The notes below the pieces were generated by a model. It saw only the letters and a program-made list of their open reading frames with translations, did not search any database and was not told the DNA's origin. Source: Acidimicrobiales bacterium (GTDB taxonomy: Bacteria; Actinomycetota; Acidimicrobiia; Acidimicrobiales; Bog-793). Taken from it: a stretch of DNA of 64,000 nucleotides. The position numbers were made by a program, and so were the translations under genes. This document shows, piece by piece, positions 54,251-63,527 of the stretch. The number at the start of each line of letters is the position of its first letter. Position 1 is the stretch's first letter. Where the stretch lies: contig JBEKBT010000003.1 of assembly GCA_050015255.1 (NCBI GenBank), positions 2,593 through 66,592 of the forward strand, given 5' to 3'.

Positions 54251-55926
54251 GTCGCCTCTCCCGCCCCACCGTGCTCGTGCATCGGGACCCGCAAACCGTG
54301 GGCGGCGGCGACCTGCATGGCCTCCGGATAGCCGGCGTCGACGTGCCGGATGACGCCGCTGCCCGGGTCGTTGGTGAGGACCCGCTCGAGCTTCTCGGCG
54401 GCGAGCGCCGAGCCGTCGGCGACGGTCACCTGCCCGGCGTGGATGGAACGCCCGATCCCGACCCCGCCTCCGTGGTGGATCGACACCCACGAGGCACCCG
54501 AGGCGGTGTTGAGCATCGCGTTCAAGAGCGGCCAGTCGGCTATGGCGTCGGATCCGTCGTTCATGCCCTCGGTCTCGCGGTAGGGCGAAGCGACAGATCC
54601 GCAGTCGAGGTGATCGCGTCCGATGACGATCGGCGCCTGCAGCGTCCCGCGGGCGACCATGTCGTTGAAGCGCAGACCGAGCCGGTCGCGCTCGCCGTAG
54701 CCGAGCCAGCAGATCCGCGCCGGCAGCCCCTGGAACTGCACCCGTTCGCCGGCCATCCTGATCCAGCGGCCCAGCGATTCGTTGTCAGGAAACTCCTCGA
54801 GCACAGCCTGGTCGGTGGCGGCAATGTCGCCCGGGTCACCGGACAGCGCAGCCCACCGGAACGGGCCCTTGCCCTGGCAGAACAGGGGCCGGACGTAGGC
54901 GGGAACGAAACCGGGGAAGTCGAAGGCCCGCTCGCAGCCGCCGATCTTCGCCTCGGCGCGGATCGAGTTGCCGTAGTCGAACACTTCGGCCCCGCCGTCG
55001 AGGAAGCCGATCATCGCCTCGACGTGCCGTGCCATCGATTCCCTGGCCATTTTGGTGAGCCCTTCCGGGTCCTTGGCCCGCAGCTCGGCCATCTCGTCCA
55101 CGCTCACGCCCCGCGGGACGTACATGAGCGGGTCGTGCGCCGAGGTCTGGTCGGTGACGACGTCGATCTCCGCCCCGATCGCGAGCAGGTGGGGCACGAC
55201 GTCGGCCGCGTTGCCGAGGATTCCGATCGACAGCGCCTGACGGCCGCGCTTTGCCTCCATTGCCCGCTCGAGGGCGTCGTCGACCCCGTCGGCGAGGACG
55301 TCGAGGTAGCCGGTGTCCAAGCGCCGCTGGATCCGCGACGGATCGACCTCGACGCACAGCACGGCGCCCCCGTTCATCGTCACCGCCATTGGCTGGGCGC
55401 CGCCCATGCCGCCCAGCCCGGCGGTGAGGGTGATCGTGCCGGCAAGGCTGCCGCCGTGGAGCTTCTCCGCGATGGCGGCGAAGGTCTCGTAGGTTCCCTG
55501 CAAGATGCCCTGGGTCCCTATGTAGATCCATGATCCGGCTGTCATCTGGCCGAACATGGTGAGCCCGAGGGCGTCCAGGCGACGGAACTCCTCCCAGGTA
55601 GCCCACTGCGGCACCAGATTGGCATTGGCGATCAGGACGCGGGGGGCCCACTCATGGGTCCGGAAGACACCCACCGGCTTGCCGGACTGCACGAGCAGCG
55701 TTTCTTCGGGCCCGAGCTCGCGCAGGCTGGCGACGATGGCGTCGTAGGCGGCCCAGCTACGGGCCGCCTTGCCTCCGCCCCCGTAAACGATCAGCTGATC
55801 GGGGTGCTCGGCGATGTCGGGGTCGAGGTTGTTCATCAGCATGCGCATCGCCGCTTCCTGCGGCCAGCCCTTGCACGAGAGCTGGCTGCCGTGGGGCGCG
55901 CGCACGGTGCGAGGTCCGCTTGTCAC
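54247..55926 (-). CDS. hutU: urocanate hydratase
   Basis: [50 protein letters not shown] is the canonical HutU N-terminus. The GTG at 55926 gives 559 aa; the TTG at 55974 is an alternative start. Confidence 0.9.
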   Translation of the reverse strand: MTSGPRTVRAPHGSQLSCKGWPQEAAMRMLMNNLDPDIAEHPDQLIVYGGGGKAARSWAAYDAIVASLRELGPEETLLVQSGKPVGVFRTHEWAPRVLIANANLVPQWATWEEFRRLDALGLTMFGQMTAGSWIYIGTQGILQGTYETFAAIAEKLHGGSLAGTITLTAGLGGMGGAQPMAVTMNGGAVLCVEVDPSRIQRRLDTGYLDVLADGVDDALERAMEAKRGRQALSIGILGNAADVVPHLLAIGAEIDVVTDQTSAHDPLMYVPRGVSVDEMAELRAKDPEGLTKMARESMARHVEAMIGFLDGGAEVFDYGNSIRAEAKIGGCERAFDFPGFVPAYVRPLFCQGKGPFRWAALSGDPGDIAATDQAVLEEFPDNESLGRWIRMAGERVQFQGLPARICWLGYGERDRLGLRFNDMVARGTLQAPIVIGRDHLDCGSVASPYRETEGMNDGSDAIADWPLLNAMLNTASGASWVSIHHGGGVGIGRSIHAGQVTVADGSALAAEKLERVLTNDPGSGVIRHVDAGYPEAMQVAAAHGLRVPMHEHGGAGEAT

Positions 55927-55930
55927 GGCG

Positions 55931-56345
55931 TCACCGCCCGGCCGATGCCGTAGAGCGAGCCGAGACTTCGGCAACCGCGCCAGCGGCCGCCTTCACCGGC
56001 GGCATCACGTCGACACCGAGGTGCAAGAGCCAGTAGAGGCCACTCGCCACGATCAGGCCAAGGATCCAGGAGATGTCCCCGCCCCGAGGTGGGAGACCAT
56101 CGGCCCGGTGTAGAAGGTCGTGCTCATGAACGGGATCTCGACCCCGATCGCGACCAGGTAGGCGACCATCGTGCGCCAGTCGAGCCGGCCGTAGGTCCCG
56201 TCCGGGGTGAAGATCGAGTCGATGTCGTACTGCTCCTTGCGCACGAAGTAGAAGTCCGTGAGGTTGATCGCCGTCCACGGGATCAAGAAGTAGGCACGAG
56301 CGGTGCTCGATCTGCAGGCTGCTGGTGTAGTTCTGCTGAGCGTCC
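55931..56345 (-). pseudogene. 3' remnant of an NCS1 (nucleobase/hydantoin/allantoin-type) permease gene, frameshifted
   Basis: Frame A (ORF 56053..56286): FLIPWTAINLTDFYFVRKEQYDIDSIF...RLDWRTMVAYLVAIGVEIPFMSTTFYTGPMVSHLG. Frame B (ORF 55931..56404): GGDISWILGLIVASGLYWLLH. Together these resemble the last ~110 aa of NCS1 transporters. About 350 N-terminal codons are missing. Confidence 0.5.
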
Positions 56346-56610
56346 ATCACACACCGCCTCCTTACTTCGACGCTGGACGCGGCTAGGCAGGGGGCTGGAT
56401 ACACATATTCGCCCGCGGGCCTACCGCCGGGTAAATGGTCGAGGGTCCTGTGTGTCCCGGCATCTCACCGCTACTGGGGGCCGAGGGACCTTCGCCGCTA
56501 GATGAGTAATCGCAACGGTTCACACGTGCATGCTCGTTCTACCAGATCGCGGCTTTCGGCACAAGAAGACACCGGAGCCCGACGAGGGCGTCTTGGCGGC
56601 CTCTGTAGCG

Positions 56611-56629
56611 TTATCCACAGGCTGTGGAT
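56611..56629. promoter_or_regulatory. TTATCCACA (perfect E. coli-type DnaA-box 9-mer) forming a 7-bp palindrome ATCCACA-GGC-TGTGGAT
   Basis: Read directly from the sequence. It lies in a ~580-nt apparently non-coding, lower-GC stretch about 300 nt upstream of the M48 protease gene. Confidence 0.3.
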
Positions 56630-56923
56630 GAAGCCTCAGCACGCCGTTGCTGCCAGTCCCTGCCGGCTTGTGCAAAGACAGACGACCGCCCGATAGTGCT
56701 ACCTGCTATTTCAACCCAGCCGGCAGGTCGCGATATCACCTCGAGACGGGAGCACAGCACAGCCGCAGCCATCGCCGGCCAAGACGCCACGCGACAGCGC
56801 GCGCGACGGCCCCGGGGGCGCAGGAGACGGCTCGAGCTTGGTTCGCGAAAGGTGGCCGGCGCGGACCTCACCTGGACAGCCGCTCCGGAGTCGGTGCGCC
56901 TCCCATGCCGTAGGATTCGGCGC

Positions 56924-57862
56924 GTGTACACCCAGATAACCAGCAACAAACGCCGAAGCGTCATCTTGATCTGCCTGTTTTTCCTAGTCTGGGTGGCCAT
57001 CGGAGCAGCCTGCGGCTTCATTTTCGATGCCGTCTCTGCGCCGGTCAACGACGGCTCGAGACCGGTCCTGACCGGCATGGCGATCTGCGGTTTCCTGGCC
57101 GTGTGCGGGATCCTCTATTCCTGGAACTCCGGAGCCGGGCTGGTACTCCGGGTCTCAGGGGCCGTGCCGGCCGACCCAGCCCAGTACCCGCAGCTGCATG
57201 ACATCGTGGAGGCCCTGGCCATCGGCGACGGGATCCCCAAGCCCGCCGTCTATGTGATCAACGACCCCTCGCCCAACGCCTTCGCCACCGGAATCAGCCC
57301 GGACAAGGCAGCCATAACCTTCACGACCGGGCTACTGGCCATAATGAACCGCGAGGAACTGGAGGGCGTGGCCAGCCACGAGATAAGTCACATCAAGAAT
57401 CACGACATCCGTCTCCTGCTGCTGGTGGGCGCCATGGTCGGCCTGGCAGCAATGCTGGCCAGCATCCTGTGGAGGAGCGCCTTCTATGCCGGAGGCGGGC
57501 GCGGCAACAACAGGGGCAATGCGATCGTGCTCGTTGTCTTGGCCGCTGCCGCCATGCTCGCATTGGTGGGCTTCATCTTGGGCCCACTTACTCGCCTGGC
57601 GCTCTCACGCCGGCGCGAGTCGTTGGCCGATGTCAGCGGTGTGGAGCTGACCCGTAACCCAGCAGGGCTGTTGAGCGCGCTCAAGAAACTGCAGCAGAAC
57701 GACAAGCCGTTCAAGAAGATGAACCATGCCACCGCTGCGATGTGCATCGACGACCCGCTGCAGCACCACGATGCCTGGTACCACCACCTCTACGACACCC
57801 ACCCTCCCATCGAGGAGCGGATCGCCACGCTCGAGAAACTCGCCTCGGGCCAGTCGGTCTGA
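56924..57862 (+). CDS. M48-family zinc metalloprotease (second HtpX-like paralogue)
   Basis: GTG at 56924 (VYTQITSNKRRSVILICLFF...). PNAFATG, HEISHIKNHD and THPPIEERI. Lower GC than the window average. Confidence 0.85.
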   Translation: MYTQITSNKRRSVILICLFFLVWVAIGAACGFIFDAVSAPVNDGSRPVLTGMAICGFLAVCGILYSWNSGAGLVLRVSGAVPADPAQYPQLHDIVEALAIGDGIPKPAVYVINDPSPNAFATGISPDKAAITFTTGLLAIMNREELEGVASHEISHIKNHDIRLLLLVGAMVGLAAMLASILWRSAFYAGGGRGNNRGNAIVLVVLAAAAMLALVGFILGPLTRLALSRRRESLADVSGVELTRNPAGLLSALKKLQQNDKPFKKMNHATAAMCIDDPLQHHDAWYHHLYDTHPPIEERIATLEKLASGQSV

Positions 57863-57887
57863 CCGGCCTGCCAGCCCGTCGGCGATC

Positions 57888-58556
57888 TCAGCTGGCCTGT
57901 GGAGGTCCCCCGGAACCAACGGCCGGCGGGGGCCCCTCGGTGCCACCGGCAGGCGGCGGGCCCGAGGATGCCGGGCCGGCTGCACCTGGGCCAGCACCTG
58001 GAAAGCTCACCTGAGGCACGGAGCGGCTTTCTTCGTCGGTGGCGAAGTAAGCCACAGGCTTGAAACCGAACGGTCCTGCGATCAAGTTGCGGGGAAAGGT
58101 CTGCAGAGCGATGTTGTAGTCCCGGGCACTCGTGTTGTAGTAGCGGCGGGCGTACTCGATCTTGTCCTCGGTGGCAGTCAGCGTCTCTTGCAGTTGTAGG
58201 AAGCTCTCGACCGCCCGCAGCTGGGGGTAGTTCTCTGCGACGGCGAACAACGAGCGCAGCGTCCCCGTCAGGGCGTTCTCGGCAGGGGCGATCTTGCTCG
58301 GGTCGCCCGTTGCACCCGCCGCGACTGCGTTCGCCCGGGCCTGGGTGACCGCCTCGAAAGTCCCCTGCTCGTGGGTGGCGTAACCCTGCACGGTCGACAC
58401 CAGATTGGGAATGAGATCGTGGCGGCGTTTCAGCTCGATGTCGATCTCGGACCACGCCTCCTGGGTCCGATTGCGCTTCTTGACGAGGTCGTTGTAGGCG
58501 GCCCACAGGCCGAGGGCGAGAAGTACGACGACGATGACGACGATCAGCACAACCAT
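57888..58556 (-). CDS. LemA-family membrane protein with a Gly/Pro-rich tail
   Basis: ATG at 58556 (TM helix MVVLIVVIVVVLLALGLWAAYN). EIDIELKRRHDLIPNLV, AENYPQLRA and RRYYNTSARDYN are canonical LemA motifs. Confidence 0.85.
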   Translation of the reverse strand: MVVLIVVIVVVLLALGLWAAYNDLVKKRNRTQEAWSEIDIELKRRHDLIPNLVSTVQGYATHEQGTFEAVTQARANAVAAGATGDPSKIAPAENALTGTLRSLFAVAENYPQLRAVESFLQLQETLTATEDKIEYARRYYNTSARDYNIALQTFPRNLIAGPFGFKPVAYFATDEESRSVPQVSFPGAGPGAAGPASSGPPPAGGTEGPPPAVGSGGPPQAS

Positions 58557-58808
58557 TGTGGAGGTGGATCTCCTCGGAGCTTGGCTAGCGTGAACTCTAT
58601 CGGCTGTGCCGCCGCGCGGCCACGGGGTGGACCTCCGACCGCCCCGACGGCCATGGGCCAGCGCGCCCGTGCCGTGAGCAGCCCCTCTCCACATCCCAGG
58701 CCAAGTCGGTCAGTACTCCTTTCAATCTGAGCGGGGTGAGATTCTCAGAGTTCGCAGTTGCGCTGCGACCCGGCGGCACTGCGAGCGGAGACGCACCCTG
58801 TCCCGCAG

Positions 58809-59792
58809 CTAGAGCGACACAGCAGCGCCGCTGCCGAGCGCTTCAAGGGTCGCTGTGCGACCCAGTTCGATCATTTCCGAAGCCCGGTGAAAATCGATCG
58901 TGCGACAGGCGTCCTTGGAGATCGTTATGAGAACATCGGGTGGATTGGAGGCCAACCGGTGCCTGGTGAGCTCGCTCTGCATCGTTTCGAGCGACTGGTT
59001 GACCACGTCGAACTTGCTGAGACGGGCAGGCAGGGACTCGACTGCTGCGCCGGCTGGCGACGTGGCCTCGTCACCCACCGGAACCGAGCTTGATGCTCCA
59101 CCGAAACGGCTCATCACCGACCGGACCAAGTCGCGGTCGATCAGATGAGCCGGGCCTTTGCGGAAGCGCTCGATCCATTCTTCGATCGGACGCTCTTCAG
59201 CGGTCTCCCCGGCAGAACCTCCGTGGGGCATTCCACTGCGCTCTCCGCCGAGATCGATAGCGATTGTCACATCGGCCGCGGACGAGGCGACCGGCGCGAG
59301 CGGAACCGGGTCCATCACGCCACCGTCGACGAGTAGTCGGCCGTTCAACATCACCGGCGTGAACACGCCCGGGATGGCGATCGACGCCCGCATCGCCACC
59401 TCCAGCGGCCCTCGTTGGAACCACACGGCCTTGCGCGCGAACAGATCGGTGGCCACGGCGGTGAAGGTCACTGGAAGGTCCTCGATCAAGACATCGCCAA
59501 CGAGTTCGTGCACATGGGCGAAGATCTTCTCGGCCCTGATCACACCGGGCGCGGAGAGCGAGGGATCCAAGAGACGCAGCACGTCGACCTGGGTGAGGCC
59601 ACAAATCCAGTCCGTGTACTCGTGGAGCTTTCCCGCGGCATAGAGCCCGCCGACCAGGGCGCCCATCGAGGCGCCGGAGACAGCGACAATCTCGATGCCT
59701 CGCTCCTCGAGCACCTGGATTGCGCCAATGTGCGCGTAACCGCGGGCACCTCCGCTCCCCAGCGTCAGCGCGGCGCGTGTTCTGTGCTCCAT
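58809..59792 (-). CDS. patatin-like phospholipase (RssA-like)
   Basis: LGSGGARGYAHIGAIQVLEE (oxyanion GGxR), GASMGA (GxSxG) and VDGGVMDPVP (catalytic Asp). Confidence 0.85.
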   Translation of the reverse strand: MEHRTRAALTLGSGGARGYAHIGAIQVLEERGIEIVAVSGASMGALVGGLYAAGKLHEYTDWICGLTQVDVLRLLDPSLSAPGVIRAEKIFAHVHELVGDVLIEDLPVTFTAVATDLFARKAVWFQRGPLEVAMRASIAIPGVFTPVMLNGRLLVDGGVMDPVPLAPVASSAADVTIAIDLGGERSGMPHGGSAGETAEERPIEEWIERFRKGPAHLIDRDLVRSVMSRFGGASSSVPVGDEATSPAGAAVESLPARLSKFDVVNQSLETMQSELTRHRLASNPPDVLITISKDACRTIDFHRASEMIELGRTATLEALGSGAAVSL

Positions 59793-60072
59793 TCATCCCT
59801 CCTAGGTACGCGGGCCACTGCCACCGTCACGAAATGTCACTTGACCCGGTCGCTGTGCGAGACGCAGCCATGGTAATCCACCGAAATCGGGTTTTATCCC
59901 CCTGTTGTCCTCTAGGAAGGCACAATCTGACCCGCTTATGATGGGGCGGAGAGGTCTAGTGGGAGCGGTCCCGGTCGGACGGAAAACGCTTCCACCAGCG
60001 CAGCCAGCAACGGGGACCGGCTAGACGGCGGTGGTCCCCTGCTGGCTGTGGCCGATGTGACATTGTTGCTTT

Positions 60073-60702
60073 GTGGCCGACATGCTCCTCGAGGACGTGC
60101 GCTCCGCCGAGTTACGGCGCCCGGACGAGCGCACGGTGGCCTGGAGCGAGTGGGGACCCAGCTGACGGTGATCCCTTGCCGCGGCCTGCCTGGGCGCGGC
60201 ATCGGGGGCAGCGGCGGGGGCCCTCGTGTGCTGGCTCTGGCCCCTCGCCATCCCGACCGGTCAAAGCAGCGACAGTGGTCGTCGGCGCGGCACCGTTGAC
60301 CGAGGACGAGATGGGCGGTCTCATCGGCTCAACGCCGAGTCCCACTGGCTGATCCCGGTCGGAGACCTGGATGGGTTCCGACGGCTGCTAGAGCGGCTCC
60401 CTGCGAGTCTGCTCAAGGACCCGATCGGCGGTTTCCTGGCCGCCATGGACAAAGCCCCAGAAACAGACCGAGTTGTCATGGGAGACCCGGACTGGCAGGC
60501 GAGGCATGCTCTGGCGACTCGGGAGGCGCTTCGGGCTGGTGTCGACGGTTGGTTCGACGAGGCGATCGCTCTGGAGAGGGCTTGGAGCGAGATCGACCTG
60601 AGCGCGGTTGGCACGTCCCTGACCTGGTGGCTCGCCGGCAGCGACGCCAACGTCCCGCTGTCAGCGGCCCACAATCCGATCCCTCCGGGCCCGCCTCCTT
60701 AG
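60073..60702 (+). pseudogene. heavily degraded alpha/beta hydrolase gene (at least 4 frame changes plus an internal deletion)
   Basis: Pieces in three frames: VADMLLEDVRSAELRRPDERTVAWSEWGP (stop at 60163); DGDPL...; GLPGRGIGGSGGGPRVLALAPRHPDR (nucleophile elbow, frame of ORF 60048..60299); VKAATVVVGAAPLTEDEMGGLIG (frame of ORF 60071..60352); LNAESHWLIPVGDLDG...WWLAGSDANVPLSAAH (frame of ORF 60226..60702). The total span of ~210 codons compares with ~280-300 expected. Confidence 0.5.
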
Positions 60703-60744
60703 GCCACGAGCTGGCGACCCCTCATCGCCGCCACCGGAGCTGCC

Positions 60745-63216
60745 TCAGAGATCTTCCAGGATCTGGTGCAGTCTCAGCGTGACCTCTCCATAGTCCATAT
60801 GTCGATCAAATCTAACCGGGTCCCCAATGCGGACCGTGACCTTACTATGGCGCTTCGGCCACTTCGAGTGCAGGGGCACCGTCCCGAATAGACCGATCGT
60901 CTTCAGCGGTACCACGGGAGCATCCAGGTCCACGGCGAGCAGCCCTATGCCCGATTTGAACGGCTGCAGGACACCATCGGTGCTCAAGCGGCCCTCGGGC
61001 GCGATAACGACGCTCCAACCTTCATCCACGAGAGTCCCAACATACTCCATACTGGGCATATAAGGCTCAGAACGGGCGAAACCAAAGCCAGCGAAGCAGA
61101 GCCTGATGATAAAGGCCAGCACTTTATGCTGCCGCATCACATCGTCCGCCGCCGCGACTGTCAAACGCTTCCGGATACGTCTTGGTAACGCCTGATACAC
61201 CGCTGGCCCGTCGAAGTCATCGCTGTGGTTGAAGATGTACAAAGCCGGTGTGGCCAGATCGTCGAGCTTGTCGCGCCCTTCGACACTCATTCTGACCCAG
61301 ATTCCCACTATCGACCGCACAACCACTTCGCGAGTGGCGTCCCCCAACAGTCGCACCCAACGCCGGTACGGCCAGGAGGGCCGAGGAATGGGCCGCTCGG
61401 CCGGGCCGCCAGCGGCCACCAACCGCCTCAAGTCCCCCACGGTCGTGCTCTTGGTCACGTCCTCTTCCGGGACGCTGATGCCCAGTTGATCCTCAATCAA
61501 GGTGACAACCGTCAGCCTTCGCAGCGAGTCGAGGCCTAGGTCGGCCAATCGATCCGACTCCTTGATCTCTTTTCGTGGCTCGTCCAAGCTTTCCCGAATG
61601 ATGTTGTCCAGTACCTCTTCCTCCGGGGCCCTCTCCGGCGCCTTCGGCTCCTCCTCCTGACCGGTCTGATTCGCCCATTGCTGAACCTTCTTCCGGTCCG
61701 TCTTCCGCATTCGGTTGAGAGGAAATTTCGCGTCCGGCCAACGACGCCAGGCACTTATGTGCTGAAACGACTCCAACTGGCCGTTGATTGCGTCAATTGC
61801 CTGGCTGATCTCGCTATCGGAGCCGTCAGAAATGACGACGGCCACGACCTCCTCGCCATCGGGTCGCCTAACGCCAACGACGCAGACCGCAGAAAGAATC
61901 GGATAGTTGGCGGCGACAAGCTCGATGTCCTCAGGAAAGACCTTGAGGCCGCTGCTCAACACGATGGCGAACTTGAGCCGCCCCTCAATGTACAACCAGC
62001 CATCTCGCAACTGCCCAGCATCACCCGTTCTGAACCAGCCGTCCGCGGTAAACGCGTCACGGGAGGCTGTCGGACTCTGCCAGTACTCCTTGAAGACGGT
62101 GGGCCCTTTGGCTTGGATCTCCCCGTCCTCACCAATACGCAGGTCCACGTTGTCGAGCGCACGGCCCGGCGAGTCGAGACGGCGCTCGTGTAAGGGGTTC
62201 ATCGTCAAAATGGGCCCGGTCTCTGTGAGACCGTAACCCTGCAGCGCCCGGACCCCCATGCTCTCCCACGCCCTGCCGACCTCGACAGGAATCGGCGCCC
62301 CTCCGGTGATGACGAGGTCCAACCTGCGCCCCAGCTGTGAGTGCACACTCCTGAACAGTTGCCGACGGAGCGCGAACGGCAGCACAGCGGCCAACTTCGA
62401 AGCCGTCGCCAGAGCCCTGGCCTTGCCGTCAGCCGCGGCGACTTGTTGTATTCGTTTGAGCAGTAGAACCAGGAGCTGCGGAACGGCAAGGATCGTGGTT
62501 ATGTGGTATTCCTGCAGGGCGCGGCCCATAGCGATCGGCGAGACGCTCGGCACATAGAAGATACTGGCGCCGTGCGCCAGAGGTGCGACCGTGCCGCCCG
62601 TTATCTCGTACATGTGGGAAAGCGGCAACACGGACAGGAACCGCCAGTCTGGGCCGACGTTCAACACCCGAAGTGCGGCCTCGGCGTCGGCCAAGATGTT
62701 CTTCTGGCTCAGGACGACGCCCTTGGGTTCGGCAGTGGTACCTGAAGTGAACACGATCACCGCTGGGCAGTCACCGCTCAACTCAGTGGCCGGGGCCGTG
62801 GCCGGATACTCGGCAATACGCTCGTCAAGCTCGTCGAGCAAGTTGACGATGGGAAGGTTGTCGAGCTCGGGGTGCATATGCTGGTTCCGAAAGACCAGCT
62901 TCGGTCCGGTCTCGTCGATGAACCTCAGCGTCGTTGCCGGATTGCTGCCTGCGTCGATCGGCACCAGAATCGCACCAAGAAGCTGGGTGCCCAGAAACAG
63001 TTCTACCCAAGCGGGCGAGTTGTTGGCGACGACTGCGACTCGGTCTCCCGGCTGAACATCACGAGCCAGGAGGAAGTTCGCCGTTTGATAGGTCCGTTGC
63101 TGTAGCCCGCGATAGTTGAGCCTTTCAATCTGGAGGAATGGCCGTATAGTCATCGCCAGCCGTTCGTCGTGATTCGCAAAACTGGCTACAAAGTCGCCGA
63201 AATGGCGGCTGGTCAT
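60745..63216 (-). CDS. tri-domain protein: fatty-acid adenylating (ANL) domain + acyl carrier domain + PlsC/LPLAT-type glycerolipid acyltransferase domain (823 aa)
   Basis: ANL domain, aa 1-515: VFTSGTTAEPKG, QGYGLTETG, WFRTGDAG, GRLKFAIVLSSGLKVFPEDIE. Carrier domain, aa ~535-600: LADLGLDS(564)LRRL, with the Ser codon at 61525-61527. LPLAT domain, aa ~615-823: FNHSDDFD (NHx4D), FGFARS, IAPEGRLS, VVPL. Lower GC than the window average. Confidence 0.85.
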   Translation of the reverse strand: MTSRHFGDFVASFANHDERLAMTIRPFLQIERLNYRGLQQRTYQTANFLLARDVQPGDRVAVVANNSPAWVELFLGTQLLGAILVPIDAGSNPATTLRFIDETGPKLVFRNQHMHPELDNLPIVNLLDELDERIAEYPATAPATELSGDCPAVIVFTSGTTAEPKGVVLSQKNILADAEAALRVLNVGPDWRFLSVLPLSHMYEITGGTVAPLAHGASIFYVPSVSPIAMGRALQEYHITTILAVPQLLVLLLKRIQQVAAADGKARALATASKLAAVLPFALRRQLFRSVHSQLGRRLDLVITGGAPIPVEVGRAWESMGVRALQGYGLTETGPILTMNPLHERRLDSPGRALDNVDLRIGEDGEIQAKGPTVFKEYWQSPTASRDAFTADGWFRTGDAGQLRDGWLYIEGRLKFAIVLSSGLKVFPEDIELVAANYPILSAVCVVGVRRPDGEEVVAVVISDGSDSEISQAIDAINGQLESFQHISAWRRWPDAKFPLNRMRKTDRKKVQQWANQTGQEEEPKAPERAPEEEVLDNIIRESLDEPRKEIKESDRLADLGLDSLRRLTVVTLIEDQLGISVPEEDVTKSTTVGDLRRLVAAGGPAERPIPRPSWPYRRWVRLLGDATREVVVRSIVGIWVRMSVEGRDKLDDLATPALYIFNHSDDFDGPAVYQALPRRIRKRLTVAAADDVMRQHKVLAFIIRLCFAGFGFARSEPYMPSMEYVGTLVDEGWSVVIAPEGRLSTDGVLQPFKSGIGLLAVDLDAPVVPLKTIGLFGTVPLHSKWPKRHSKVTVRIGDPVRFDRHMDYGEVTLRLHQILEDL

Positions 63217-63527
63217 GTGCCCATCCTGTAGGCGACGGCGACCGCGTAGTCACCGTGATGAGAAATCGACACGGCAAACTCTTGTGCTCCGATTCGGGCG
63301 TGGGGCTTGCCAGAGGCGTCGTGACTGATAACAATGTCAGTCCACTTGTCGGGTGCAGTTGCAGCAGCCTTCACGACCGCTTCTTTGGCCGCCCATAATC
63401 CCGCCAGATGTTCGAGCTGCTGGCCGTTTATCTCCGATGGGCTGAAGGCCCTCTGCATCAATTTGCCGGCGCTGACCTCGAGTCGTTCTCGAAATTCGGG
63501 TATGAAGACCAGGTCAATTCCAACCAT
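63213..63527 (-). CDS. AcpS-type holo-(acyl carrier protein) synthase / 4'-phosphopantetheinyl transferase (104 aa)
   Basis: MVGIDLVFIPEF..., AFSPSE, LAGLWAAKEAVVKA and VSISHHGDYAVAVA follow the AcpS pattern. The stop overlaps the start of the tri-domain gene (ATGA at 63213-63216). Confidence 0.8.
   Translation of the reverse strand: MVGIDLVFIPEFRERLEVSAGKLMQRAFSPSEINGQQLEHLAGLWAAKEAVVKAAATAPDKWTDIVISHDASGKPHARIGAQEFAVSISHHGDYAVAVAYRMGT

Noticed and set aside
56346-56923. Replication origin, suggested by the DnaA-box palindrome
   Set aside because: There is only one box pair, no dnaA, dnaN or parAB genes nearby, and no AT-rich unwinding element.
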